Source of the DNA: Lama guanicoe
Lineage: Eukaryota
DNA length: 64,000 nt
Assembly (NCBI GenBank): GCA_013239625.1
Contig: MU054323.1
Span: forward strand, 8,359,220 to 8,423,219
Reading direction: 5' to 3'
A program made the position numbers and the translations under genes. Shown piece after piece: positions 23,445 to 35,700 of the stretch (positions are counted from its first letter, which is position 1; each line of letters starts with the position of its first letter). A model generated the notes under the pieces. That model did no database searches, was not told the origin of the DNA, and saw only the letters and a list, made by a program, of their open reading frames with translations.

Positions 23445-24835
23445 ACCACTGGCATAAAGATAGACAGACCAATGGAATGGAATGGAGTGGAACAGAATAG
23501 AATAGAATAGAACGCCTAGAAACAAACCCTTGTGTGTATGGTCAAATGTTTTTTGAGACAGGTGCCAAGACTATTCAGTGAGGAAAAGACAATCCAACAA
23601 ATGGTTGAGGAAAACTGGATATCCCCATGCAAAAGAGTAAAGTTGGAACCTTACCTAACACTGTATAGAAAAATCAACTCAAAATGGACCAAAACCCTAA
23701 ATGTAAGAGTGACAATTATAAAACTCTTAGAAGAAAACACAGAGCAAATGCTTCACAACATTGGGTTTGGCAGTGATTTCTTGGATATGACACTAAAGGC
23801 ACAGACAGTAAAAGAAAAAATAGACAAATTTGACTTCATGAAAATTAAGAACTTCTGTGCTTCAAAGGACACTATCAACAGAGGGAAAAGGCAGAAATAC
23901 AAATATTTGTTACATATATATAGTGAGATATGTATAATAACATAATGATGTGTATGTAATCAATGATACATATAATGAGACAAATAACAATGATATATAA
24001 TAACAATGATGTATATATAATATATAATGATATATATGAGACAAATATCACAGAATGAGAGAAAATACTTGCAAATCATATCTGATACGGGGTTAATATG
24101 AGAGTATATAGAGAACTAAAAACAAGCAAAGTGATTCAAAAGTAGAGGTTGACACAACATTGTAAACTGACTATACTTCAATAAGAAAATAAAAAGTCAA
24201 TCAATCAATAAAGGACTTGAATAGACATATCTCCAAAGGAGATATACAAATGGCCAAGAAGCCCATGAATGGATACTCTACATCACTAGTTATTACAGAA
24301 ATGCAAATCAAAACCACAATGAGATACCACCTGACATCCATTAAGTATCAAGAAGAAAATAACAACTGTTGGCAGGATGTGGAGAAATGTATAACTTGTG
24401 CACTGTTGGTGGGAACACAGAATGATTCAGCTACTATGGAAAACTGTGACAGTTCCTAAGAATATTTAAAAATAGATTTACTATGTGATCCATCAATTCC
24501 ACTTCTGGATACATACTCAAAAGAATTGAAAGCAAAGTCTCTAAGGGATATTTGTACACCTGTGTTTATTATAGCATTATTCATAGTAGCTAAAACATGG
24601 AAGCAATGACTGTCCATTGACAGAAGAGTGAAGTAAGCCAAATATGGTGTGTGCATACAGTGGAATGTTAGTTAGCCTTGAAAACGTAGGAAATTGTGAC
24701 ATGCTGCAACATGGATAAACCTTGAGGACATTATGTTAAGTAAAATAAGCTAGTCACACTAAGACGGATACTATATGATCCCATTTATATGAGGTGCCCA
24801 GAGTAGTCAAAGTCAGACAAAAGTAGAATGATGGT
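23445..24835 (+). mobile_element. LINE-1 ORF2 3' region, degraded, with nested insertions
   Basis: The ORF at 23532-23945 (WISPCKRVKLEPYLTLYRKINSKW...KIKNFCASKDTINR) and the ORF at 24217-24459 ([12 protein letters not shown]) are L1 ORF2-like. Confidence 0.92.
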
Positions 24836-25657
24836 TGACCATGATTTGTAGATATGGTACAAGATACAGGTCTAATTTTTTTTTCCAGAAAACTAGCAAA
24901 TTATACCTGCATCATTTATTAAATAAACAGTCTTTGGAGTTTTCCTCTATAGAATTAGAAGGCCTCTTTTATTATATATTAAGTTCCCATAAATTCTTAT
25001 GCCTATTTCTGCACACTCTCTATTCTGTTAGCTATAGCAAAAAACTGGAAACTACCGGAATGGTTAAATAATGTGTGGTTTATCCATACCATGAAATATG
25101 GCATATCTATATTATGTAGCTATTAAAATTAATAAATCTATTGACCTGGAGGGTTTTCATGATATAATAAGTCTTTTTAAGAGCAAATTATAAAGTATGA
25201 TGGATATAGTGTAAAGCACTTTTTTTTTTCAAAAAAGAGGGAATAAAACTCTCATCTGTAGGTGCACAACTCTGAATATATAATTTTTTTTAATAATTTA
25301 AAATTTGTGTTTGTCAATGTTTGCAAGGATATGGAGGTAAATGTAGGAAGATACAACCCAAACTTAATATTGAGGTGGAGTGGGAAAGAAAGTGGAGACT
25401 GTTAACTCTTCCTCTCTGTTGTCAAATATATTGCATCAAGAATATCAGTTTTGTAATTCTAAACCCTCAATAGAATATTTTTTCAAATTTTGTAATATTA
25501 TATCTTCCCAATGAAAAAAAAATTCATAGAGATATTTAATACTTTTTTAAAAAAAAATCAGGATTAGACAGATTTGCAACCCTCAGGCTCACCTCCAAAC
25601 TCCAAGGAGGCAAGAACAGCCCAGGAGGAAACCTGAAGGGAAAGAAACCCCAATTAG

Positions 25658-26440
25658 TCACCTCACACCAGTCAGAATGGCCACCATCAAAAAGTCTACT
25701 AATAATAAATGCTGGGAAGGGTGTGGAGAAAAGGAAACCTTCCTACACTGTTGGTGGAAATGTAGTTTGGTGCAGCTACCATGGAGGACAGTATGGAGGC
25801 TCCGTTAAAAACTAAAAATAGACTTACCATATGATCCAGCAATCCCACTTCTGGGCACATATCCAGAGAAAACTCTAATTCAAATAGATACATGCACCCC
25901 AGTATTCATAGCAGCACTATTTACAATAGCCAAGATATGGAAGCAACCTAAGTGTCGATCGACGGATGACTGGCTAAAGAAGTTGTACATATACACAATG
26001 GAATACTACTCAGCCACAAAAAGAATGAAATATTGCTATTTGCAACAACATGTATGGACTCAGAGGTTATCATACTAAGTGAAGTAAATCAGACAAAGAC
26101 AAATATATGATATCACTTACATGTGGAATCTAAAAAAAGATACAAATGAACTTATTTACAAAACAGAAATAGATTCACAGACATGGAAAACAAACTTATG
26201 GTTACCAAAGGGGAAAGTGGAAGGAGGGATAAATTAGGAGTTTGGGATTAGCAGATACCCACTACTACATATAAAATAGATAAACAAGGTCCTACTGCAT
26301 AGAACAGGGAACTTTATTTAATATGTTATAATAACCTATAATGAAAAAGAATCTGAAAAAGAATAGATATATACTGAAATACTTTGCTGTACAACTGAAA
26401 CATTGTAAATCAACTATACTTCAATTTTTTAAAAAAGGAA
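25658..26440 (+). mobile_element. LINE-1 3' end (ORF2 C-terminus plus 3'UTR)
   Basis: Runs from CACCTCACACCAGTCAGAATGGCCA through ACAATGGAATACTACTCAGCC to the terminal TGTAAATCAACTATACTTCAAT and an A-rich tail. Confidence 0.92.
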
Positions 26441-28119
26441 TAAAAACAATTAGATTGTTACAATGGCAGCATCTATGCAGGCATTTAGATTAGAAAATAA
26501 TTGTAAAAAGAAAGAGACTGAGCACATTGGTCAAGAATCCTCCTGTTCCAAAGGCTTTCACGTGGCTGATGCTCGCTTGTCCTTCCTGACAACCGTGAGG
26601 TGTGTTGGGACCCCACCTTCCATATGAGGCAGTGAAACAGCAGAGTAGGAAGGACCCTGGGCCTGGCACCGGCAGCCCCAGGTCTGAAGCCCGACTCTGA
26701 CTATGGCTCCGTGACCCGGGCAAGCTGCTCATACGCCGGCAGCCCCAGTGCGGGGTCTGGCAGCACCTGCCACCCCGTAAACAGAAGCAACTGCTATTGT
26801 TATTATGGTTCCATAGCGATGCATTCAGGGAGACTGAGCAGCCATGTGGCTGAGACCTGAACACAGTCCGTGGACCCAAGTCACAGGCTTGGACACCCTG
26901 GTACCAAGCAAGGACACACAGACTGGGTGTCGGCCCTCAAATTGCCTTCTCAGGGAGCCCTAATTCAGGACGGCTATGTGAGGGTGGCTCGGGGGGCAGC
27001 GGTCTCAGGGGCTGAGACTTAGTGGAGCTTAGGTGCTTTAAGTAATTCTGAAAGGTTGTCACTAGCTATTGAATAAAATTGGTCACCCTCAGTTCCCAAG
27101 CAGAGAGACTAACATACCATAACATCTTGAATTTATTTGGTGTCTTTCTGCCAAGGAGATCAAAGGACTTGAAAATAATTTCCTCTAAACTTTTCTGAGA
27201 AAGAAGCCAGTGGGGAAAAAACCCATTTCACCTATGATCTACACTTGACATCAACCACAATCTCTGAGATTTTGTAATGGTGTTTTAACAAAAGGCTTTT
27301 GCACGTATCCCCAGTGGCACTCTGGGAAGTAAACAGACAGGTGGGACTGACCTCATTTTATGGATGGGCAAGTGGGAGCCCAGGCAGCCTGAGTGCCTTT
27401 CCCAAGTGAGGACTTTCCCATTGTGCATCGCTATCCATTGGTACCTCCATGCATTGATATGTTTGCTATTTCCTCCTTCCCAGGGCTCCCCCAAATTCCT
27501 CCTGTGTTCTCAACCCCTCTATCTCCCCTTTGCATTCAGTTTCTTGCTCTTCACAGGACATTTCTCCTTTTCTACAAAAGTGGCCATGTCCTTGCAGCTG
27601 GAAAACTCTTCCCCTGACCCTGCTGCCCCTCCTCCTAGCCACCCCAGCCCAACCCTTCCTCTCCCTGACAAGCTTCCCCTGGGCTAGTGGTTTCTTCTGT
27701 TTTTCTCACCACATATTCCTGAGCCTACCGGAGGACTTTCACCTTCACTCTACGCTGCAGCTGTTCAGCAAGCATTGCTGTCAGTTTCAGTAATAACCAC
27801 CATACATCGAGGGGTCTCCTGCTGCAGGCACTGTGCCATCCACCCTTAGATGACCTTGGGAGATGGGTACTGTTAGCCCAGGTTACAGATGCAGCAACTG
27901 AGGCTCACACTATCTGGTTCACAACAATCTGATTCTAAAGCTGGTGCCTCTCCTGATTTGCCACAGTCCCTCTTGCTGGTGCTGCACTATAAGCCTGGCC
28001 CAAGGTTAATCCTCCCCACCCTACCCCCAACCCTCAGCGGCTCCCCTCTCCTGCCCTCCAGGCCACCTGCTTCCTGAACTTCTTCCTTTGTCCCTCTGCA
28101 TTATACCCCTGCACTCTAG

Positions 28120-28340
28120 GGGTGGAACAAACACAGATCCTGGGCTCAAACCAGGGTCTTGATCTAGGCTCTGCCCCTTTGAGCTGTTTGACCTTGGGTG
28201 ACTTAATTGCCTTTGAAATATTATTTCCCTCTACCATAAACTGGGTGTCACGGTATCTTTCTCACAGGTCTGCTGTGGGGATTAAATGAATAAGGTACAT
28301 AAAATATGCAGGAAATGCTCAATAAATATTTGCTTGAATT
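28120..28340. mobile_element. MIR SINE
   Basis: MIR core TGACCTTGGGTGACTTA...CATAAACTGGG...GGGATTAAATGA...CTCAATAAATATT. Many other MIRs are present (about 130-290, 12500-12640, 30530-30750, 37090-37290, 57430-57600). Confidence 0.7.
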
Positions 28341-28448
28341 CTGATTTAGAGAGCTTCTGATTCATGCAACTACAGGGGGAAAATTAGCTCAACAGAAGGG
28401 CTGACTTCATAAAAGAGTATCAAAAAAATCAGATAAAGACAGATGAGT

Positions 28449-28502
28449 TTATATACATATATATATATATATACATATATATATACACACATACATATAT
28501 AT
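28449..28502. repeat. (TA)n/(CA)n compound microsatellite
   Basis: Directly visible TA run interrupted by CA units. Confidence 0.9.
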
Positions 28503-30095
28503 TTTTTACTGTTGTTTCTTTGGACTCATTTTACAAATGAAAACCCAGCTTAGTGGCTGGAGTGAGGGAATTCTTTCCAATATTCTCAGCCCCCTAGCCC
28601 TGGTCAGGGGTTCAATAAAGCATTGTGTCACGGAGTGTGACAGGTGGCGAACAAAAACATGATTAAAGATCTGGCTCTTAGAGTAACTCTTTTGTTCTCT
28701 GAAGGTGATTAGGTATCTCTGAGTTGTGCTTCTTGTCCTATGATTCTTATTAACACCCAGATGAATTTTATTTCTTAAGGGAGAAAATGGCTTAAAACAA
28801 ATCCTCCTTATCCTTATCTATATATATATAATGTTGGCATTGGGAGACTATGCAATTTCTAGGTTCCTCTTGGCTTGAAGAATTTCTCTATGTGCGTGAA
28901 ATAAATGCAGATTTAAAATGGTAGAGTTCCACTGTGGGGCCAGGGCAGCTGGAATCATACAGTGATTCCTTCTTGTTGGTTCGCTGGCATTCTAGTTCTA
29001 AGAGAAGACAAAATTTTATTTCAAAACTAAACTTTGAAGTTTTAAAGTCAAAGCAGGAAAAAAAATTTCCTAGGCCAGAAGAAAAGATTTAAATTTTTGA
29101 AGAGCTCATCAGCATTTCAAGGGTCAGGATAAGCCAGTGGAATTGACTTTTCTGTTTTCAGCTCAAGCACCACCACCCTCAGCCTCCCCAGGTCCCCCTA
29201 CCTGTATCTCAGCCTCAGACTGGTGGCCACAGCTCCGGGGTCTGAAATGCTCTCAGTCCTCTTCTGGTTTTCTCTCTCTCTCAGGGTCCATTTGTCCATC
29301 TTCACGACTCCCTTTTGGCCCCTTCCCTGTGGCGCTGGCCTGAATATAGAAGTTTGATTGCTGGCTCAAAATTTTTTAATGGCTAAGTAGATTTCTTGAT
29401 GTGTTCTCCATAGTAGGGTTGTCATGGAGAAGTGTGAGGGGAGAAAGAAGTGAAAAGAGAAGGCTGAGGAAAAAATTGAACACAAAGGTCCTCAGGACTG
29501 TTGGAGAACACCCCTTCTCAGAGGGCACCCCAAGGAGGAACAGGGTGAAATTGCAGGAGGAACATCTGGGTGCCAAGGACTTGGCATCGGCTCCTCTGGA
29601 GAGGCAGTCAATCATGGTCATCATCTGTCACCTTCTGGACAGGAAGGGTTCAGCCCTGCATCAGGCAGATGGGGTTTGGACCATGGTTCTGCTACTTAGA
29701 GCAGCATGACTCTCTGGGCAGGTCACTCAAGCTAAGCTCTGAGCACCTCATCTGCAAGAAATGAACAAGGCTACCTGCCCTGTGGAGGTGTAAGGGTCAA
29801 ATGTATTCTGAAAACACCTGCTAGTCTTTCCTCTCTCTCCTTTGGTGGTAGCCCTTCACTGGTCCGTTATTCTGGAAGCTTGCTATTAAGCCAGTTTGGA
29901 ACCCCAAACACATTTACTCATAAAAACCAATAGCCCTGAGCTTTGTGAAGTCTGATCCTGAAGGCAGCCTACCTTACCTTGCCATCTCCCATCTCTTCCC
30001 ATCACCCCCATTCATGGACTTGACTTTGAAGCCATGGTGGGATCCTCAGCTGTCTTCCAAACCCACCCACCCCCCAGCTTTCCTACCCACAAACT

Positions 30096-30235
30096 CTTTT
30101 TTTTTTGGAGGAGGAAGGTAATTAGGTTTATTTATTTATTTACTTACTTATTTATTTAATGGCAGTACTGAGGATTGAACCCAGAACCTGTGCTTGCTAA
30201 GCATGAGCTCTACCACTGAGCTATAAACTCCCCCC
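30096..30235 (-). mobile_element. tRNA-Ala-derived SINE (vic-1-like, camelid)
   Basis: Antisense tRNA head (GGATTGAACCCAG...GCTAAGCA...CTACCACTGAGCTATA) with a (TTTA)n spacer and poly(T). 15-bp TSD TCCT(A/C)CCCACAAA(C/G)T at 30081-30095 and 30236-30250. Confidence 0.88.
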
Positions 30236-30957
30236 TCCTCCCCACAAAGTTTTACTCCTTCATCCTGGAATCTCAGACCTTGGCTTAGAAGCACCCAACA
30301 TGTCAACATCCAGGTGAAATCCAAATCCAGCTCCTCTGTTCTCTGATGATCTGTTCATAATGGATTTCTCTCTTGTCTGAATTCCCATTCCACTTAACCT
30401 AAGCTGGTCATAGTAGCTTTATAATAAAAGTCACAGCATATTGCCTTTTGTGGCCGATATAGTGCGAACATCATGTTCTTATACCCCTCACGCTGTTCAA
30501 CAACCATCTGTTGCTGAATAAATGAATGAAAATAGCTGTATTTGTTGAGTGCATGCTATATGTCAGGTAGTGTGTGCTATGCCTTTTATATGCATTTCCT
30601 CATGTAATTATCACAGCAAGGTTAAAAGGATGTATTTTGGTCTCCCACGTCTGTGTGAAGCTAAGGCTCAGATGGATTAAGTAACTTTCCCAAGGTCAAG
30701 AAGCCAAGGATTCCAGCTTAAGGATGTATGATTCCAAGCCCTGGGCTCCTTCCCAGGAGAGAGAGCCTAAATTAAAAATAAATAAAAGCAGATAAAATCA
30801 ACTACCGGGGACATTTGTCACCTCAGGTTTGGGTGAGACTTTCAGCAACGTCCCAGGCCAACAGACAGCTCTTTTCTGACCACGGGTGGTAGGCTCAAAT
30901 AAGCGAGGCAGCCTGAGTCCAAACGTGAGGTCCCCTAAATGATGCAGAAAACGTTTA

Positions 30958-30973
30958 TGCCACTAGAGGGCTC
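30958..30973 (+). promoter_or_regulatory. Candidate CTCF binding site upstream of the DPYSL5 promoter
   Basis: TGCCACTAGAGGGCTC matches the CTCF core. TGCAG at 30943-30947 lies where the upstream CTCF module is expected. Confidence 0.6.
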
Positions 30974-32465
30974 CCTCCCCCTTAGGCAAAAAGTGCAGCC
31001 TGGAACGTGCCCGCAGACTCAGCTGCCGGGAGCCAGCTCTGGGTTCCACTTCACCTCCCTCAAGCTCAACCGATTTTACCGAAATCTCAGGGTCAGCGCA
31101 GAAGTTGGTCGGCCTGGGGGAATGCCTAGGGCAGTGCCCCAAGCTGAAACAGTGGGGGAAGGAGGAGCCACTGCCCTTTAGTTTTCATAGTCACGTCCTG
31201 GCCTACTCTGGGTTGGGATGCTTTGGGGGTAGTCCCTAGGCTCATGTGGGGACTCCCTGCATAAGCTTACCATTGGGGGAGAGGGCAGAGAAATAATCCT
31301 TCCTCCAGCATAAGTAGAGACTCTATGGGGGTAATCCAGAAGTGAAGCCCCAAACGCCAGCCAAGCCTGCCGGACTGCAGAGCAAGCGGCCCAAGGAGAT
31401 CTCACTTCAGCGGGCAGTGGCGGCGGGCGCCCGGGGAAAATTTTGCTGAGACAGGGAGGGGGGACCCTCTGGAGTAGTGGAGCACCATTTTGTTTGAAAT
31501 TATTCCTCAGAGAGAAACATATCTGCTGGCTACAGCAAGGGAACCCCCTCACCTTCACTCCTTCCAGGAAGTCTGTCAGGGGAGGGGCTTCTGCCACAGC
31601 CTCTTGGGGTTCCCCGGGGAACCCTGGTATGAGGTTGAAGTGAGGCCTCAGTGCATTTTAACACCTTATCGATAACAACACCTTCGGAGTGACATTAAGT
31701 GAAAAGAGGCAAATTACTAAGCCGTATCTCAGCTATTATTACAACTACATGAAATAATATACACGGTAAAGGCTCCAGAGGGGGTCGGGAAGGTCGTACA
31801 AAAGGCCTGGTGATTCTCTTTTTTTAGATTTGCTGATTTTGTTAAACGACATGTGTATTCAAAACGTGAGGGGGAAAAAGGTGAAGCGAATGTAAACTGA
31901 GTTATAAAACATTTCCAGACGCTTCACCATGCCCTGAAAAGAGATGTCAGAAATGGAACAGGCAGCTGGACCTGAGAGCTCTGGATGGAGAAAGAAGCCA
32001 TAGCTCAACGCTGCTGAGAGAATGAACTCCTGATTCGAGGCCCCAGAGAGGAGAGGTGAGCACTTAGGTGGTCCCGAGTTGCTATCCACGTTGTACGTGA
32101 GAACATTTTCCAATAACTACACCCCCGCCCTCTCCATCCTGCAGTCCTGCTGAGCGCCCATTTCGATGGCGTCGGACTGGGTCTTGAAGGGAGCCAAGCG
32201 GCCTTAGCCAGGCCTGGCAGCAGCCAGGAAGAGGCAACTGGGGCATTGTTTCAGCCCCTCGGGTGGAGTCCTGCAAGGGGAGGGGACGCGCTAGCCCTCC
32301 CAGGGGACGCGTGCATCAGCTCGTCCCAGTGCCTGGGCTTTGTGAAGTGTCTTGAGTTACCATGGAAATCCAAAGGAACGCGGAGAAGGGCGCGAGGGGG
32401 TCGGCGGGTTCTCGGGTCGTGCCCTCCATCTCCTCTTGGACCCGGGCCCTGCAGCAAGGCCTGTC

Positions 32466-32477
32466 GGGAGTTGTAGT
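32466..32477 (-). promoter_or_regulatory. ACTACAnnTCCC motif (ZNF143 / THAP11-HCFC1 associated)
   Basis: The reverse complement of GGGAGTTGTAGT is ACTACAACTCCC, a well-known mammalian promoter motif. Confidence 0.65.
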
Positions 32478-32639
32478 CCCAAGGCGGCGGCCGCGCACAG
32501 CGCGGAGGATGTAGGGCGCCACGGGTCCCCGCCTCCCCCTAACCTGCTAGCTTGAGGTGGGGAGCAGGGGGAAGGAGCCGTCGCGTCCGTGATTGGCCGA
32601 GACTGCCTCCAGTCCCCACCCAAGTCCCCTCCCCCGCTC

Positions 32640-32797
32640 GCGGCTTCGGACTCCAGCGCCCGGCGCGCCAAGGCGGCGATCGAGCGAGCGCGCGTGCAGC
32701 CGCCGCCGCCCCGAGCACCCGCAGCTCCCGCGCCACCGCGAGACAGGAGGAGAACCCACCCACCGACGGACCCTCGCAGCCGCGGCATCCCGAAGGA
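32640..32797 (+). other. DPYSL5: Probable DPYSL5 non-coding exon 1 (5'UTR)
   Basis: GC-rich leader with GCC repeats downstream of the CCAAT box, resembling the recalled human DPYSL5 5'UTR. Donor GGA|GTGGGT at 32798. The start is approximate, and I saw no DPYSL5 coding exon (MLANSASVRILIKGG...) in the window. Confidence 0.55.
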
Positions 32798-35700
32798 GTG
32801 GGTGATGGCGGGGCGGGCGGTGGGCTCATTTTCCCCGGGCTGGAACATCCATCTCACACACACTTGTTTCTCTGGGAGGCGCACAATAGGGCGGGGGTCC
32901 GGGTGCGCCTTGGGCCCGGCCGCTGGGGACGCGGCGAGAGGTGTGGTTTGGAATTGGGGCTGGGCACCCCAGGCTAAACTGGGGCCCGAATCAGTTCCTC
33001 TTTGTAAGCCCACAGAGCTCCCAGAGCTCCGTGCGGTGCCTTGCTCATAGTAGGCATTTAATAGGTGCTCGGGAGATTGCAAAGAACTGGGATGAGGAGA
33101 TGGCTTGGTTGGAGAGGGTTCACTCCTAGCGCACAGTAGGCGCCCAGCCTCACTCTTCGAGGTGTAGTGAATGGCTGGAAGGCTGGGCGGGGGCTTCTGG
33201 CCTTGGGCCGGTCCTGTCCGAGTCCCTAGATTGTTGCTGTCATCTGCCCCTACCCATCACCCATACACACCCTCTGTCCCTCTCGCCTCAGAGTTGGGAT
33301 TTTCCCAGCCTGGGCCGACCTGGCGGTCCGTTCCGCTAGTCCCAATAACGAGGCGGACGCCTGAGGACGATTCGCCTGTCGCCTCCAAGGCACCTGTCTG
33401 AACCACAAAGGCCGCCTGCCGCTGCCCGGCCCAGAGCGGGCGCCAAGCGGGATCCTTCGCTTGAGCCCATCGCGGGAGCCCTCCCCGCTGCATCGATCTT
33501 GGCGGGCGAGAGACGTCGACGCCCCAGGCCTGGGGAGGAGGCAGGAGTCAGCTGGAGAGAAGCTGGGATGGGGAGAGGCGGACGCGAGGCTTCAGTCAGT
33601 CTGAGCAAGGATGGGAAAAGATGGGAGATGGGGAACACGGTGGGGATAGGTGACTGAGTCTGGGTGGAGGGGTAAGTGGAGACTAGGGTTTGAGGAGGAA
33701 AGAGAAGGGTCTGAGGAGGGAGAGAAGGAGCTTGGAGCAGGTGGCACGAGACGAGGCTGGGGCTGACGGAGAATGTGGGGGGAGGAGGGATGCAGGAGGG
33801 TGGAGACTGCCCGGGCTTGAGGAGGGTAGACGCCAGGGAGGAGGAGACCCGCGCGGTGAGGGGGAGGGGTCTCCCTGGGGAGGGAGGTCTCTGGGGAAGG
33901 GAGGGGCAGGCAGCTGGGGGGCGGGTCTCGAGCCGGAAGACCCTCTGCTCAAGCGAGGGTCCTAGAGGTCCTGTGGCTGTCTGGGCGTGGCTCCGGGACG
34001 GGGCGACAGGCCCAGGATGGCGGATCCGGGACCGAGATGCCTGTCCATGCGAGGAGCTTTGTCTCCTGGCTTGACACCAGCCCGCAGGGACTCGTTTAGG
34101 GTTTTGTGATAATCCGCGGCGCCGCAGGCACACCCTTTTCTTTCTTGGTCCGGCGGCAGATGCTGCCAGGGAGGTGGAATGGGGGACGCCTCCCCCCGGG
34201 GAGACCCGGAGAACAATAGCCAATCCTGGTACCCGCCCGACAGCGAACTAGGGCCCTCCAGAACTCAAGTGTACAGCTTAATGGTTGTAGAAAATGCTCT
34301 CGGAGAAATCACAGGGCACGTGCTTGTCCCTTGGGGTTTGTGTTGGGGCACCAAGCCCCGCCGTTAGTTCCCTGGTGTGAGACGCAGATCCCCAGACTGT
34401 GGGACCTGCAGACAGACGCCGCCCCTGGCTTTAATACCTTCTGGCAGTGGCGCCGCCTCCCGCCCCTCGGTTGACCGATAACCAAGACGGTCAGGGGCGA
34501 CCTACGGAGGTCGCCTCGGTGCTGAGCGGGTTCCCTGAGTAGCCGGCTTTGTCTGACGAGGGGGCCCACATCGAAGGTCTGCTGTCTGTTCATAGAGGGA
34601 GCAGTTAGGGCTGGTGCGGATTGTGGTAAAATGGGAAAAAGCAGGCGTGCAGATTACCGGGCACGGTGCTGCCACTGGTCTTCGGGCCTGCAGCCAGGGG
34701 ACCATTGCTTCCCTTTGCCAGTGGCCACACCCAGGCCAGCGTAGCCGTCCTTTGCACATTTCTCCGGTATTGTCTGCTGACCCAAGACGGGGACGGCTCT
34801 GTGATAGGAGGTGTCTCCTTGCCCATGGGAAAACAGATGAACAGAAATAGAAACACAAAAAGGGGCTCAACAGAGCTTTCTATGCACTCCTAGTCTTGCT
34901 TGCTGTCTAAGCATCTTTCATGCCAGGCTGCAGCATCTTGACATGTGAAATGACAGCCAAACCCAGCATTCTGTTTTACAGATTTTCTTTGATAATCGTT
35001 TAGCTGATATTAAAAGTGACTCTTTAGCATAGATTTATACTTTTAAATTGCCATTCGTTAAGAAAAAAGAAGAAAAATAGCAAGGCAGAAGAATTTTTAT
35101 TCCAGGAGTGGAGGAAGCTTGGCTAAGTGACAGACAGAGCATCATAGGACAAATTGGTGTGACGTTATTCGGCATGAAGTTGACCAATGAGCACTTTGGC
35201 TCTCTTAACCTAGCCTTGAAACCTCAGGATTTTTTTTTCTTACCTGGGTTGATGCATAAGGTGAGGGGCTGTGATGTGACTGTTGTCTCTTGCCCCACAT
35301 ATGGTAGCTGCCAACATGAAGGCCTCCTACCTGGGCGGTACCCAGGGGCAGCAGCAGTAGACTCTGTCCTGCTCCTTTTAAAGGGTGCTGCTTTGAGGAA
35401 GTGCCTCTCAGAATTTGCAAAACTGGTCTGGAAGGACTAGCTGGAATGTTGTTCATTGGATGTTTTAAACTAAATTAATAGACCTGTCTATCTCTGGAGT
35501 AGGTGAAAACCAGGAATGTCAGTGTTCGAACACCCAACATCTGACGCTGAAGGTTTTTTTCTTATGAAACAACTCCAATGGGAAATGTGTTTTCATGTCA
35601 TTCCCCAAGGGAAAAGTGTGAGGGGGTGAATGTTTTGTTGGTTTATTCCTCTTGGAAGAACTTTATGGATTTGTTTAAGGGTGTAATCCTGTTAAAGCAC

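Larger units (their letters stand above)
32100..34800 (+). promoter_or_regulatory. DPYSL5: CpG island, probable DPYSL5 (CRMP5) promoter
   Basis: About 2.7 kb of very GC- and CpG-rich sequence. Contains CCAAT at 32110-32114, a GC box at 32123-32130 and ATTGG at 32592-32596. The gene assignment rests on the conserved SLC35F6-CENPA-DPYSL5 order. Confidence 0.75.

Noticed and set aside
32357..33082. 241-aa - strand ORF and overlapping Ala/Arg/Gly/Pro-rich + strand ORFs
   Set aside because: Stop-codon depletion in GC-rich promoter DNA; no similarity to CRMP5 or any protein I recognise.
33336..34223. 295-aa ORF on the - strand, the longest in the window
   Set aside because: Pro/Ser/Leu low-complexity product of the G-skewed CpG island, with a non-ATG start and no recognisable domain.
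34505..34526. Possible REST/RE1 site in the neuronal gene's CpG island (TCAGCACC on the - strand)
   Set aside because: Only the left half-site is present; no GGACAG right half at canonical spacing.
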